From: Daphnia carinata
Lineage: Eukaryota
NCBI RefSeq assembly: GCF_022539665.2
Contig: NC_081331.1
Span: forward strand, 5,952,001-6,016,000
DNA length: 64,000 nt
Direction of reading: 5' to 3'
The translations under genes and the position numbers were made by a program. This document shows positions 13,103 to 26,535 of the stretch, one piece after another. Positions within the stretch are counted from its first letter, which is position 1, and each line of letters opens with the position of its first letter. Below the pieces are notes generated by a model that was given only the letters and a program-made list of their open reading frames with translations, did no database searches and was not told where the DNA came from.

Positions 13103-16100
13103 ATGCAACATATTCGCTGGATTTTGCTTGCCGGTAAGTCGCCATTTTGATTAACAATAAATCCCATTCAACCGTCCCTTGTAAATCGTTTGAATGCAAA
13201 CCTCCGCTTCTAATAGAAACCTAACTGCACAAAAAGAACCTAACGGGGTTTTGTTTCGTTTAAGGCCCAGTGTTTATTCTTTATGTGTCCGATGTGAATG
13301 ACTCGGGGTAAAAAGAAAAAAAAAAGAGGATGATGACCATTCGATGTGTACAGACTAGACGGGCAGAGCTGCATAAAAAAGGGTCAAAAACACCTGTGGC
13401 ATATACCGAAGAATACGTGTCTATGTGTAGAATCATTTCTTTGTGTGCATACGACTGGCACAGATTTTATTTTTTTAGGTCCCTTCACTTTTTTCTTTCG
13501 GTTTGTTTGCCCATGTCGGCAGGGGGAAGACGAGAGGCAGTTCGTCAATGCCCGGCTAGACTGTCGGGAAGAACGGTCTCATTCAATGACCGCCCCCTTT
13601 AAACTGGAGCCGAAGGTTACTCACCTCTACACGGCAGCCCAGCACAGTTACCCACATCGCGCCCAAGTCTTTTTTTTTTTTTTTTCTTTTCAGTCCCTAT
13701 ACGTACACAAAAAACATAAAGGGGAACGCACGCATTTCCTCCTCTTACAGACTAGGCTACCCGCTTACGTTTTTTAAACAATTTAAGAATGCATTTTTGA
13801 TAATAGATGTTGTTAGATAAAGCGAGGAAGTTAAAGTGCCGTTAAGTCAGGATGTCAAGTGTTGTTGCCATTCCCTCTTAGATTCGTAAAAAAAAAGAAT
13901 TGCTGGGGGAAGACATTGAATGACACGTTCTTATGTCAGCTGACGAGAGACTTTTGGTAGACAGTCAGACGCCATGACCCTAATAGACCCCAAACTCACG
14001 ATTTTGCTTACCTTATTTCATACGATTATAATTTTTGCCCTAAAAAAATGTTGACTATATAAAAATGGGCTTCAGTTTCTCCGACGCCCTGAAGACACTA
14101 AAGCTGGCGCATAATAATTACTGTTGGCTACCACGATCTCGCGAAAGCGAATAGGCTATCGCCAGTCCGAAATATGAATGCAAAATTAGCAAAACTTTCC
14201 AGACAGCTTGTTCTCATTTTTTTTTTTTTTTACTTCCATCTCCTTGCGGAAATCCTCCGACCTCTCTTTTTCCAGAAAACGGGGATATAGGGAATGTATT
14301 ATTCAACTCGTGTTGCCAACTGTTTTATTTCAGCAAATTCCGGCGGCAACTCAACAAGGCCCGATAACCACCCATATAATGGCATTTCTTTTTTAACATA
14401 GTAACAACGTTTGCGAAAATAAAAAATAGCACAAGTTTTCCGGCAGTTGGGCAAATGGTTTGCCGTTGTTGATCCGAATTGGCAAAATGGCGAAGCGTGA
14501 AGATATTCCGGAAAGGTAAAATAACCCGTGTCCATAGGCGATTTCGAAAATGATTTGAAACCACTCGAGAGATCATACACATTTTTTTAGCTAGAGATGG
14601 ACAGTAGGAGGTGTTGTACCACTTAAACGTTCCTCTTTACTTTTTTAATTAAATTTTAATCAATTGAATCGTCTTCTAATTCCTTAAAACAAATCGGGAA
14701 AAATATGCCGACATTAAAAAGCAGAGAACGAAAAGGAAAAGAAAGTACAGCAGGTGGGACGCACCTGTTGAATACTAAGTGCTATCTGTTTTGAAAAATA
14801 AAAACATTTTTGCTTGTCATGAATATGTTTAAGAACATAAAAAGCCGGTTCGCGAAGTACGGCGACATTTGTACACGTTTATAAAAGCGCGTTTAGTTAA
14901 TGAGTGTATGAATAAACATCAATTTCGTATTCAACGGCTCATTCGCTGCCGAACCAAATAGCAAGAGACACGTTTTCCAATGCGGAGGGGGAAAAAGAAG
15001 TAGAACGAAAAAAACGTTTGGCTCGGTTAGTTCCGATGATTGCGACAATACTCGAAATAGCGACCAACAGCAAACGAACTTGTTCACTTCCTTGTGAACG
15101 ACCGACCACCTTCTCCTCTAACGATGCTATCGCCTTTCTTTCGTTTCACTTTAATCAACTCTTTCTCTCCAATTTATGTTTCTCTGTTTCCCTACACAAA
15201 ATGTAGTGTTGATAGGACTGTGTGTTATGGCCAACACTTCGGCAGTGCGGGACGATGGCGATCAAATTCTCGCGCGAAACGGTTTGAATTCATCGATGCT
15301 GTCCCGCTGGTGGAGGTCGAAAGACAACCGGTCGGACGTGAATGCCGAGTTACGGCATTACCAATGGCAATTGCATCAGCGGCAACGGCAGCAAAATCAA
15401 CGCGTCAGATCGCAAGAAGAAAACAGGAAACTCTGGTTAATGTGGAACGGAGCGCAGGAGAAACTCGACGAGGAGAATGACGACCAGGTAACCAACGAAC
15501 AAGAAACGAGCGCAAATTCCACCAGCCAAAAACAGACGGAGGAGAGTCTCGTGCTTTTGGAGAATCTCGTTCACCCCGAAGAAGAATTGCTGGACGAAAT
15601 CAACGACCGTCAAATTATCCAGGCCGTTATTGCCAGCATGGCTCAATGGAATCTGCGCAAATTGCAAAAGATGCAGCGCAAAACAGACAGGTATTCGATC
15701 CTAATCAATTCAAATTTGAATAATGCAATCCCAAATTAAAACATTTGAATATCAGACATCGCAGTCGTCGCGACGAGGCGATGGTCTGCTACAACGAGCT
15801 GGGCTGCTTCCGCGACGAAGGTCCGTTTAACTATTTGGACCTTTTGCCGGCGCCCCCGGAAGAGATCAACACGCGCTTCTTCCTCTACACTCCACGCAAC
15901 CGCGATACCCCTCATCCGTTGTGGTATAACAACGCCAGCACAATCATGACGTCACCTTACAACGCCTCGCTACCCACCAAAGTCATGATCCACGGTTTCG
16001 GCTCTTCGTGTCAGCGTATCTGGGCCAAAGAGATGAGAACGGCCCTCATCAGTGTCGTAAGTCGGCCGGATCGGTCAAACAATAAACCAATTCCTCTACA

Positions 16101-19100
16101 TCTTTTACAACAATGTATTAAGCAAATAATTACGGGATTCCCCTACCCTTCTGTGTCGTTTAGGGAGACGTCAACGTGATCTGCGTCGATTGGGAAAACG
16201 GTGCTAATTTGCCTAACTACGTCAGAGCAGCTGTTAACGCGCGTTTGGTCGGACGTCAAGTGTCTCTCTTGGTCACTGCCATCAATGGAATGCTCGGCTC
16301 GAAGAACGGCGATTTCCATCTCATCGGATTCAGTTTGGGCGCTCATGTGGCCGGATTTGCTGGTTCCGAACTCCGCAACGTTAGTCGCATCACTGGTACG
16401 TTCTTTATTCAGAGCACTCTTAGTTTAACTTGATTCATATTCAAAGTTGGTCAACGGAAAGAAATTAATTCATATTTTGATCGATGTGTTTCTATCCAGG
16501 ATTGGATCCGGCTGGCCCGCTGTTCGAAAACTATGACCCGCGAGTTCGACTCGATTCGACCGACGCGGACTTGGTCGATGTCATCCATTCCAACGGCGAG
16601 AAAATCTACATGGGAGGGTTAGGTGCCTGGGCACCGATGGGCGACATTGATTTCTACCCAAATGGTGGCAGGATGCAGAAAGGATGTACTAATCTATTCG
16701 TCGGAGCCGTCAGTGACATGATTTGGTGTAAGTTTTCACACAAATTTCTTCTTTTCCCTTTGCGATTTACATATACACGCGACACATAAATTAAATTATC
16801 ATATCATTAAATAAAATTAAATATACATGTATATGTAAAAGCTCATTATAGCTTTCTCTGAACAAAAGAAAAAAAAAAGAAATCGTAGTAGAGAGCCAGG
16901 GGAGAATCCCGACTGCATTATCGGCGGGACCTTTTTTTTTTTTTTTTTGAATACCAACAGCAGTTGCTTGTTTCACTCAGGAATGGCTGACAGCGGTTTT
17001 ACTCTATACATCAAACAAATGTTATGCAAGCTATAAAGAGACGGTGACATTTGGAGACAAACAAAAAGCTTCCAGTGAAAATTTTTCTTATTTTACGATA
17101 GTGAAAATGATTCACATACTGAGCATGTCCACCGGAAAATTGGTCTGCAACTTTCACCCATCTTTGCCGCGGTTAATGGTAGCGAGAGCTTTGCAAGGCA
17201 CATTCTCGTGGACCACTTACTCTCTTTCTCTTTTTTTTCTTTCATTTCACGACAAGAAGTCTTTTTCTTTTTCATGTAATGCGCTTAAAAGTCGTCAATC
17301 TGTTTTTTGTGCGTTTAGCGTCAACAGACTACGCTCTCACTCTTTTCATAGTTTGTTAATCCTTTTGATTGCCTTTGAAATGTAACATACAGACGTTGGG
17401 CACAAAGCCAAAACTTTGTCCAGCTCCCCTTGTTTCTTTTAGTTTCACGCAAAGGGAACGACTGCCACGATATCCCCGATACGAGGGGGCATTGAAGACG
17501 TTGCGTTCTGTTTAGAAAATGAAAATTGGTCATGCGAAGCGAGGGAAGAAAAAAAAAAAGAAACTAAAGTAAAAGAGAAAATATACGAAAGATATGTTTC
17601 TCTCCTTGTGGCTCAATAGAACGCTAGGTGAGTCATTTTCGCGAGCGAAACCGGCGCTTATTTGCAGTGGCTCTCCTTTGCGTGTCGTTCCATATAGGCA
17701 ATGATCCTCAAATCATAATTGACGCAGTCGTAAAATTCTTTACGCGGTACCCTACCATGTTCCAACTGCTAACGTGGGGGCCTTCTTATTTTAATGACGA
17801 GCCATAATCACGGGGGAAGTTTAGATAAGAGGGTCGTCCCGAGGTACAACGTGACCAATTTCTAGGTTAAACAGCCTAGTTTTGATTTCATAGAGTCCAT
17901 ACAACTTTTGAAAACAAAACACACCGACGTTGTCGATGATTGGTCTTTTATGTAGGCCAATCAGTTTCCTATTTCATGCCCTTATATGCTGTTGATATTC
18001 ATCCGTGTTTTTTTTTTTGTTTCTCCTTTTCTTCCTCCCTATTTTATGTTTGTTCTGGCCGGTGGCATTTATCGTCACAGCATCTGCCGAGGAAAACGGA
18101 CGGAGTTTGTGCAACCACCGACGCGTAAGTGTTTTCCCCTAACGTTAAAAGAGCTAGAATCGTATACATCAACAAATGAAACTTTCTCATCATCAACTTG
18201 TCTTCGTGTCGTCTATAAAGGCCTACAAATTGTTCACGGACTCGGTAGTACCCGGTTGCCATTTTCCAGCCTTCGCCTGCGAGTCTTACGAAAAGGTATG
18301 ACATCAAGCATAGTTTTCACTTACACTTTATTTGTTTCAACCACATTTCGATTCTTTAATAAAACGTTTGAATGCTTTGCGGCTTTTCATTTTTTAAAGC
18401 TCCTGGAAGGTGACTGCTTCCCGTGTGTTGATGCTGAACAATGTTCCAATATGGGTTTCTATGCCGATAAATCGCCCGGCCGGGGAATCATGTACCTAGC
18501 AACACGCGAAGAGGAACCCTTCTGTGGTAAGTTAAAGCTATTTTTTTCAATTATTTTACGTCATATCTAAAGAGAATTTATGTTTGATATCAAACGTTAA
18601 TAGCCAATCAATATCGAGTGCAGCTACAGAGCTCTACCACGCTGCAACCTGTTACCACCCAGGGTAAGATCGAACTCATTCTCATTGGAGCCAACAATTT
18701 CAACGAGACTTTCACCTTGACAAAGTATGTAACCATGTGAATTGATATAGTTGAATGAATTTGCTAAAAATATTTGGTTGCTTCTTGAAGGGGCCCTGAT
18801 TACGAGTTAACCAGCGGTGGTAAACTGGTACGGCTGATTGTGCCACACCCAACCTTTTCTCCACCGGCTAAAGTTCATGTCGTATACACGGCCTATCAAG
18901 GTTGGATTTACAGTGGTTTGACTAAATGGCCCGTCGACAAACTCGTCCTGACAGATAGCTACGGAAAAAGGTAAATAATTGATTGTGATTCTAAGCTAAT
19001 TGGGTACGCAAAAAAGAAATCAGTCCACTTGAATATGATGTTTGCTTTCCAGCGTATCGTTCTGCCAGAAAGGAATGTACTTGGAATCCGGTAAAGCTCT

Positions 19101-21163
19101 TGCCATAACTCTCCACCCAGGTGAATGTAATCCAGCACCTCCACCTTCTCCAACGTTGACCAACAGCCTCGTCAATAACAATCAAACGCCATTCCCAAGC
19201 AGGCAACCACTAGATTCCGGGGTGAGTTTACACAAAACATTTGTTGGCAAAGAGACGCTCATCTAATTTTCGTTTTCTTCAGCCATTAGATAACGAAATA
19301 CCGGTATTGAACGAAATCCGATTCCGTTCACTTGATGGCGATACGGTATCCATTGGTGGACTGTTACCAAACCAAACAGCTGAGCCCAAATCGACAATTT
19401 CATCGATTACTCGTTCCAATGCCACCAATAACATCTACCCGTACGGGAATGTTCCCTTGGCTTTGTTACAACAACAAATTCCAGCTGATATCAAAGTGGG
19501 TGGTGGAGGAGGAAATAGCGGGAGCAACGTGCCGACTAGTAGCAAACGGCCCAGCTTTTACCAGTGGCCATTGGTGGGCAATTTCTTCGGCAGTAACGGT
19601 CGGGCTCGTTTCAAGTCTCTTGGAGGTAATGGAGGATCAGGTCGTAAATACGAGCCACAAGGGCAATTGACTCCACCATCCCTTCAGCAATTACAGCAAG
19701 GCGTCGTAGTTCAGTCGAACAAGGAAAGCCCATCAAATTCCAGGCGGCCGTTCACTCGACGGAATAATCCACAGCAAACAATGAGCGTCGAAGATCAGAC
19801 GAAAGTCGAATACTACCTGCTCCGACAACAACAACTTCATTTGCAGCAACAGCAAATTCGACAGGCCAATCGGTTGTTATGGGGAAACTCCAACAGGTCA
19901 CAACAGCTCTCCATTCGAGGGCAACAACAAGCTCTTGCGAACCAGCAGTACTACCAACAGTGGGTCCCACAACGTCAGGTAGTTCCTCCTCCACCACCAC
20001 CACCTCAATGGCGACCGGATGCCCTTGTCGAAGCGGAAATAACACGTTATTCAACGAAGCCTGTTGTACAAGGAGAACTGTCAATGCCACTGGATCACAT
20101 GCAACAAACGTTTGCTCAGACTTTACTAAATCCATCCAATCAGCAATTTATTGAACGATTTAGGAATCAACAACAGCAGAACGTTCATCAACTTCGGTCA
20201 AGCATGGTTGTTCCAGGTACAGAGCTAACAACTACTCCGACTCTAACAAGTACGGGTAGTTTAATTGTAGCAAACAGTGTACCATCATCTTCTACCACCA
20301 TTTCCAGCAGTCAGGTAACACTGACCACAATGACAATCAGCAACACAATGCAATCCCACAGCCAGCAAACAATCCGACAACCTGAAATTGAACAAGCTTC
20401 AACACCGAGTGATAATCTAGTAGTAGATACAGCCCTAGAGCAATCTGAGAATCTTCAGATCAACAACGGAATGAAAGCCAACGAAGATCCGGGACTGTCT
20501 CTTGCTACCATCGAAGCAGCTACGTTGCTTTCAGTCAAGGCTCCTCCTTCGATTAATCATCGTCAGATAAACGAAACGACTATTCAACCTGTTAATAATA
20601 ATCTCTCGTCTTCGGCGGAAGTTACATCATCAACACCTCAGAACACGACTGCAACAACACTCGATCTCAATGACGAATTGATCCCTACGCACCAGACCAT
20701 CAGTCCGAGCAATGTAACGTTATCAATAACCACTGTCGAAGATGTTCTCATTCAGCCAGTGAAAGAGAACTCGAATGCAGCAGTATTGTGGTCAGATTAT
20801 CCACTAGCACCTGACGGTGGTAGCAGTCCAATATTACTGTCTGAAGAACTATATCCTGATCCGGAGCAACTAGGCCAGGCAAGAGATGAATACTGGTCTG
20901 GTAGAGCTCAGACGTCTCGGATGAAGCAGATCATTTCTTCCCCTGTTGTGGCCATTGTCGGATCTACTTATTATCCACATCAGTATGCGGCAATGCGACC
21001 GTCTAGGCTACACTTACAAGAGCACCAACCGCTCTATATTCCTCTCAACCCGGCCGATCGCCAAAGCCGCCAACTCCAAGCGCAGTATTACGCCGACACG
21101 ACGAGCACAAGTATCCAGAAACTGGCACCTGAGCCCGTTCTAGTTGTCGTGTCCACTAGGTGA
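13103..21163 (+). CDS. Secreted pancreatic-lipase-family protein with N-terminal pro-region and long Q/S/T-rich C-terminal extension (12 coding exons)
   Basis: Exons approx 13103-13133, 15216-15690, 15756-16056, 16164-16395, 16500-16727, 18081-18124, 18221-18295, 18400-18526, 18604-18724, 18791-18970, 19053-19221 and 19283-21163 join in frame. Signal peptide MQHIRWILLAGLCVMANTSA. Motifs VCYNELGCF, IHGF, GFSLGAH (catalytic Ser), GLDPAGP (Asp), DFYPNGG and CNHRR (His). An in-frame upstream ATG also exists at 13067. Confidence 0.88.
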
Positions 21164-22539
21164 ACGTTGTCTACTCTTCTATAATATTGTCTCGTGAGAA
21201 AAGAATTCATTTTGCTAGCCCAAGTGGCATGCAACCGACGCCGGTAAATTATGTTTCTACACAGATCTTCTGCGAACATGTGGTGTTGAAACTAACGGTG
21301 ACAAAAACCTTGTACAGATGATTGTTCATCCTTTTTTTTTGCTGGAGATACGCAAATGCCTTTCCCAGAACCAAACCCAAGACAGTTTATTAATTTACTT
21401 TATATTTTGTTATGATCTGAGCCTTCTCGTTTAGATTATACCATCGAAGCCAGAATGAGAGCATAAAAAGTACTTCCTAAGAAAAGAAAAGCCCGAAAAA
21501 AACATGCCTGTGATTTGTGTTCTATTTGGTGTGACTGATAATGAAAAAGACCAGTTTAGAATTACGTTTTCTGTTCATGTTCAATGGAGATGTTATTTAT
21601 CTTTCGTCTTCCAAATGTTATCATTGTTTTGTGACGAGGTCGTCACTTACCTGCTATTTGTTTTCACGTGCAAAGAAACAATTCGGCTTGTCGCTATGCC
21701 GAGATGTCCTTCAACTACCCACCATACACATATTGCTTGTTTCAATAAATGCCTTATTGCAATATCTATTGTCTGCTTTCTACTATATAAGAATCGTTTG
21801 CCATTGCATCATAATTTCGCCCTTTCTTTCATATGCATCTGGAGTCAAATAATCATAAAACCAGGAATTTTGCACAAATTGTTTGGCATTCAAGATAGTG
21901 GACGCTCTATAGAATATGGTGAAGGCATTGTATGCATTGTAGGTAATGTGGTCTGTATGTCCCACAACACTTGTTATGTAATCAAGACAAAACAGTAGTG
22001 AGACACGATGAAATTCATGATCGATTTTTAATGGCTGTATAAAGACTTCCCTTGGGGTTTATTTGCGTAGTCTGCTTGCACTCTGGCAACATAGCAATCG
22101 CTCGCAGCTCCCAAATCGTAAAATCGCAGATTCTGATTTTCTGACAACAAGTACGGAGTAGTCTGCTTTTTAACCTGCGTGCGTGTTACTTGGGCACTGT
22201 CGTTTACCTGACCAAGTGTCTTCAACAGGGAAGACGAAGTTCGGTGCGCAAGCAATTCATTTCGTCGTTCTCATCTCATAACACCTACAAGGTTTCTAAG
22301 TTCTTCACATGCATTTTTAAATTTTATGTTAGATTTGCTGGTGCCTTAGATTTGGGACAGATATTATCATTCTTGCCCTTTGTGAGGTCCCAGCACCCAA
22401 TATATTCATGTGTTATTGACACCAACAAAAAATTATGCTCCTAAATAATGTTTGCAGTTACTTCAGATATTGCAATTTCTTTATTTTCTTGAGCATTGAT
22501 TTCATTACTACTTTCTAGATTTGATCCTCAACCACCACC

Positions 22540-24176
22540 ATGGATCCCCTTTCCCCCACAAAATGTGATTCTGGGACTGGGCCAAGTCCAGCTGAAACAA
22601 GTGATCAGTCTCCTCATCAGCAGAATCCAGTTGTAGAGCCCTCCTCCCAGCAGCAGGAAGGAGGTGGTTTCATTGGCAAGAATTTGATTACAGATTCCCT
22701 ATCCACCTTATCAATCAGTGCTGAACCCTTCAAATTCACATCTGATCGTCCAGCAGCCACCCAGCTGTCTGTAGAAGCAAAAGAATTTGTTCCAAAATCA
22801 GTTATTGCTACATCTTACACTGAGAGCTTCTCACCATATGTGGTACAAATATTGAATAGTTTGTAAAGTAGTTGTTTTTGTAACTTTTTTGGTCTACAGG
22901 AAGCAGAATATCATGAACAAATAGATGTGACGGCAGATTGTGAAAGGAGTGATCCACTATTGGATTATGCCTTCCAAGTGTTATATGAAATAACATATAG
23001 TCCTGGGCATTTTACAAATTTGTGTGATCAGCTTGTGTCCAACTTGAATAGTTGGCCAGCTTTGGATGAAAGTGTGCTGCAGATATTGGTGGATGAAATT
23101 ATAAGTCTAGTAATTATATGATTTATTTCTTCTACTTCGTTTAAATATATTGATCTTTATTGTACGTTTCAAGGCTATACGTGAACCCAATTTCCGGTAT
23201 AACGGCGCAAGACTGTGTGATGCCATTACTCGAGGACTCCGGGCCTCTGGCAATTCCATCGATTTTCGAAAAATACTGTTAAACAGGTGGGAATAGATAT
23301 TTATGATGCAATTGAAGTTGGTATGGAATCATATCTTTCTGAATTCTCAGCTGTAGAGTTATCCACGCTGAGCGAAAAAGCCTAATGCAGAGCGATGCAG
23401 AGTATTTGAGGGGATTCGCATTATTTATGAGCGAGCTCTTTGTACACATGCACAGGGAAGATGGTTCTGGCAGATTCGATCTTTTGGCAGGAGCAGTACG
23501 CGAGTTGCTGTTGACACTTCTAGAACATCCAACACCTGGCAATGTTAAGTGTCTTTGTCAAATTCTGAAGGTAAGACGACTATATCAAAATACCAATTTG
23601 TGGCGAAGACCTCAACATTCCCTTTAGTTGTCGGGCTCTTACATTGAAGACCATGATCGCCAAACGCACGAAAGAAAAACCCCCGAAATGGATCAGCTGA
23701 TGACGGAGATTGAAAGGGTCGCGCGCACAGTCGAGATGCAAATGCATATGAAAGGTTTCTCCCTAGTCAGCGATTTGATTTAATGAATATGAATTAACCT
23801 GCTTTGTAACATTTTCAGACTTACTTCTTAACATGATTGAACTCAGAGTAACGGACTGGGGACGAGCACCCACTTCCCCAGTAGTTCGGGAAAGTCATGC
23901 GGTGAGTAGTCAGCCATCTAATCCGCAAATGGGAGTATACTATGGGCCCGACGGTCAAGCTCTAACGGCTGAGGAGACGGAGTTTCTTGACCAAGGAATT
24001 AATCGCCATGAAGATGAAGAAGAATACGAGTACGCACATTTCTAATAAAATTTAATGAGGTACTAATGTCTCCCATATCCTCAATTAGGTATGCGTATGA
24101 GGAAGATACCGGGATGGATGATGAGATGGCTGAAGCTTTTGAAAAATTCCTCATGATGCAGGATGCGTTGAAATAG
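22540..24176 (+). CDS. PAIP1: Polyadenylate-binding protein-interacting protein 1-like (multi-exon)
   Basis: PAM2 motif LSVEAKEFVP, MIF4G-like segment (EPNFRYNGARLC, LRGFALFMSELF, IELRVTDWG), and acidic C-terminus YYGPDG...MDDEMAEAFEKF. Confidence 0.85.
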
Positions 24177-24445
24177 ATCGCGACAAGTTACTCGTCATGT
24201 TTTAAGGACCATTTCGAATGTGTAATTATTCTGTTTCTATCATCTTTGCTGATTCATCAAAGTAGGGAGATAAATAAAGATGAATATCCCCACCCATAAT
24301 TTTTTTTCATACTTAGTTAATTTCGAAACAATTTAAGTGGCAAAGCTTCACCGTTTCCACGGCATAACGGTTAAAACAGATCATTCATTGAAGAAAACCT
24401 CCATGAGATTGCATTCCCTTTGTCTTCGACACAAACGCCAACAAT

Positions 24446-25438
24446 TTAATCATCTTTCTTGTCTGGCGCACTTTCTCCTTCCAAGATGGCCAATTTCTTT
24501 AGAAGTTTACTGTGTTCATCGGTAAGACGATCATATTCTCGAGCAACACCTTCACTTTGCGACTTAAAGGCTTCAAGGTCTTTCACGGCCTGGGTCCGTT
24601 CTATGCAACAAGGTAATGGGAATAGTTTTGGTAATGACAATGGTTTGGCAATCACGTTCATAAAAATGCTTACCCTTTCTGGCCTCAGTCAATTCTTCCT
24701 TCAGTTTGGACAAGTTTTCTTCAACTTCTTTGGTATTTTCGTCGGAGGCAGCGTTTTCTTTCTGGGCAAGCAAATCTTCAGCTGCCTTTGAAGCAGATGC
24801 AGCCTGACGAATAGCGGCCTCGCTGGTGGCTGCCAAAGTTGCTTGAGCCGCAAGAAGCGTCATCAAACGGCGAATAACACTAGGTGGTTTGAACAAACCA
24901 TTTAAGTATGTTAGCCTCAACATCATCTTGAAACAAATGGTCCTCACAATATCAGAAAAAGAGAAAATCCTGTAATGTAAAAATTTCTCTGGGCTCTAAA
25001 GAGCACCATTGAATTTCGAAGTTCTTGTTCCAGGTGTTGATGCTGCTGTTCCTTTGCTTTACCATCATGACTGACGTCATACTTCCTCATTTCACGAACA
25101 GCATCTGGAAAAGCAAGTGAAATTTATCACAACACATAATAGCTGTAGTCTCCATGTAAGTAATCTGCTGACTCTAACCAAATAAGCAAAGGACCAAGAA
25201 TGCAAGAATGACATAGAAGTAGATGTGGACTTGTTGACCCAAACCTCTGAGGAAACTAGACTTGAAAAGCTTGTTCCATCTTGGGAAGACAAAAACAGTA
25301 GAATCAATGTATGGTACAAGTAGTTAAAAAGTTACATTTTACTTACCTTTGGGCAGAGATGAAGGGCAGAAGAAGAAGGAAAACAACTGCTATTTCAATA
25401 TAGAGAAAGGTTGCAATCAAACCCCATTGGAAACTCAT
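24446..25438 (-). CDS. BCAP31: B-cell receptor-associated protein 31/29 family ER membrane protein (multi-exon)
   Basis: N-terminus MSFQWGLIATFLYIEIAVVFLLLLPFISAQRW; LFRAQRNFYITGFS; coiled coil ending AREYDRL; C-terminal KKDD (KKxx ER retrieval). Confidence 0.92.
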
Positions 25439-25756
25439 TTTTACACAGTTCTAATCCTAAAGATGTTCCCCGAAGTTCAGTTACTTTATCTCGTGTGCTG
25501 TAACCAAATTCTAAATATATCACTTACCGCTTCAGCACAGCCAGAGTAACTGACTAGTTTCGTCAACGTTCAAAGGAGCAAATAATTCGTATTACTCTCG
25601 TCGGATGCTGTAGAAAAATGGGATGGGCCAAAGTCGAATAAGATTTCGTTTCCTTACAAATGCTTTACTAAGGCTTATAATTTTCTCTAAGAAGATGAAA
25701 TATGGTCTAGTAAAAAGAGAAAATTTTATAGCACTATGGCAATCCGTTTTACATAA

Positions 25757-25796
<40 letters not shown>

Positions 25797-25965
25797 CACT
25801 TTTTTCTCTTTTTTCTACCCGTAGCCATCTACCAGTCGGTTTCGTTATTACAGGCATGTAAGCAATTTGAGTTAATTGTATCCTATTAGCAGTTAATTGA
25901 GTAGCGTGGCTGGAGAAAAACGCGTGGCTGGAGAAAAACTCGTGGCTGGAGAAAAATATTTAAAA

Positions 25966-26535
25966 ATGGATAAGATAATAAAAGATAAGGATGGTAAGTA
26001 TAAACATTATTTTATTAGTTTTCAATTATTAATTATTGTTTATTAGATAAAATTATGAAGCTGCAGGCTCAATTTTTTCAACAGCACAGAATCTTAGATG
26101 ACAACAAAACTAAGGATGGTAATATGTAATGATTGTATTTGTGTTCTTTTATTCATTTGTGTTTTTTAGCTCAAACTTTGTGTCTACAAGCTCAGTTACT
26201 GGAAAATAACAAATTAGAACTGAACACTTTCAAAACAGTGAAGGAGGTTTTTCCAAACTCATCCCTAACTGAACGTGAGGATGAGTTGGCATTAGGCAAA
26301 CACAGTCAGGTACATAAACTTTTCAAATAAGAATTCCAAATAAGTATAGAATTTTAACAAACAATTATTTATTGTTTAGTTATTCAGTCTACCACCTGAC
26401 AGTGTGTTAAAGTTAGATTCTGTTAGTGCTGCACTAAAAGAATTGTTAGTAATAAGTCCATGCAGCGAAGGAAGTGTACAATTGTGGGACTGTATTTGGG
26501 CTGAAAATGGGTGTGGTACGGAAACCCAGAAATAA
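25966..26535 (+). CDS. Putative 131-aa orphan protein, left palindrome arm (4 exons)
   Basis: Exons 25966-25993, 26047-26118, 26170-26309 and 26380-26535 have GT-AG introns and join in frame: MDKIIKDKDDKIMKLQAQ...KDAQTLCLQAQLL...ENGCGTETQK*. The opposite arm has the same exon lengths and frame. Confidence 0.55.
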
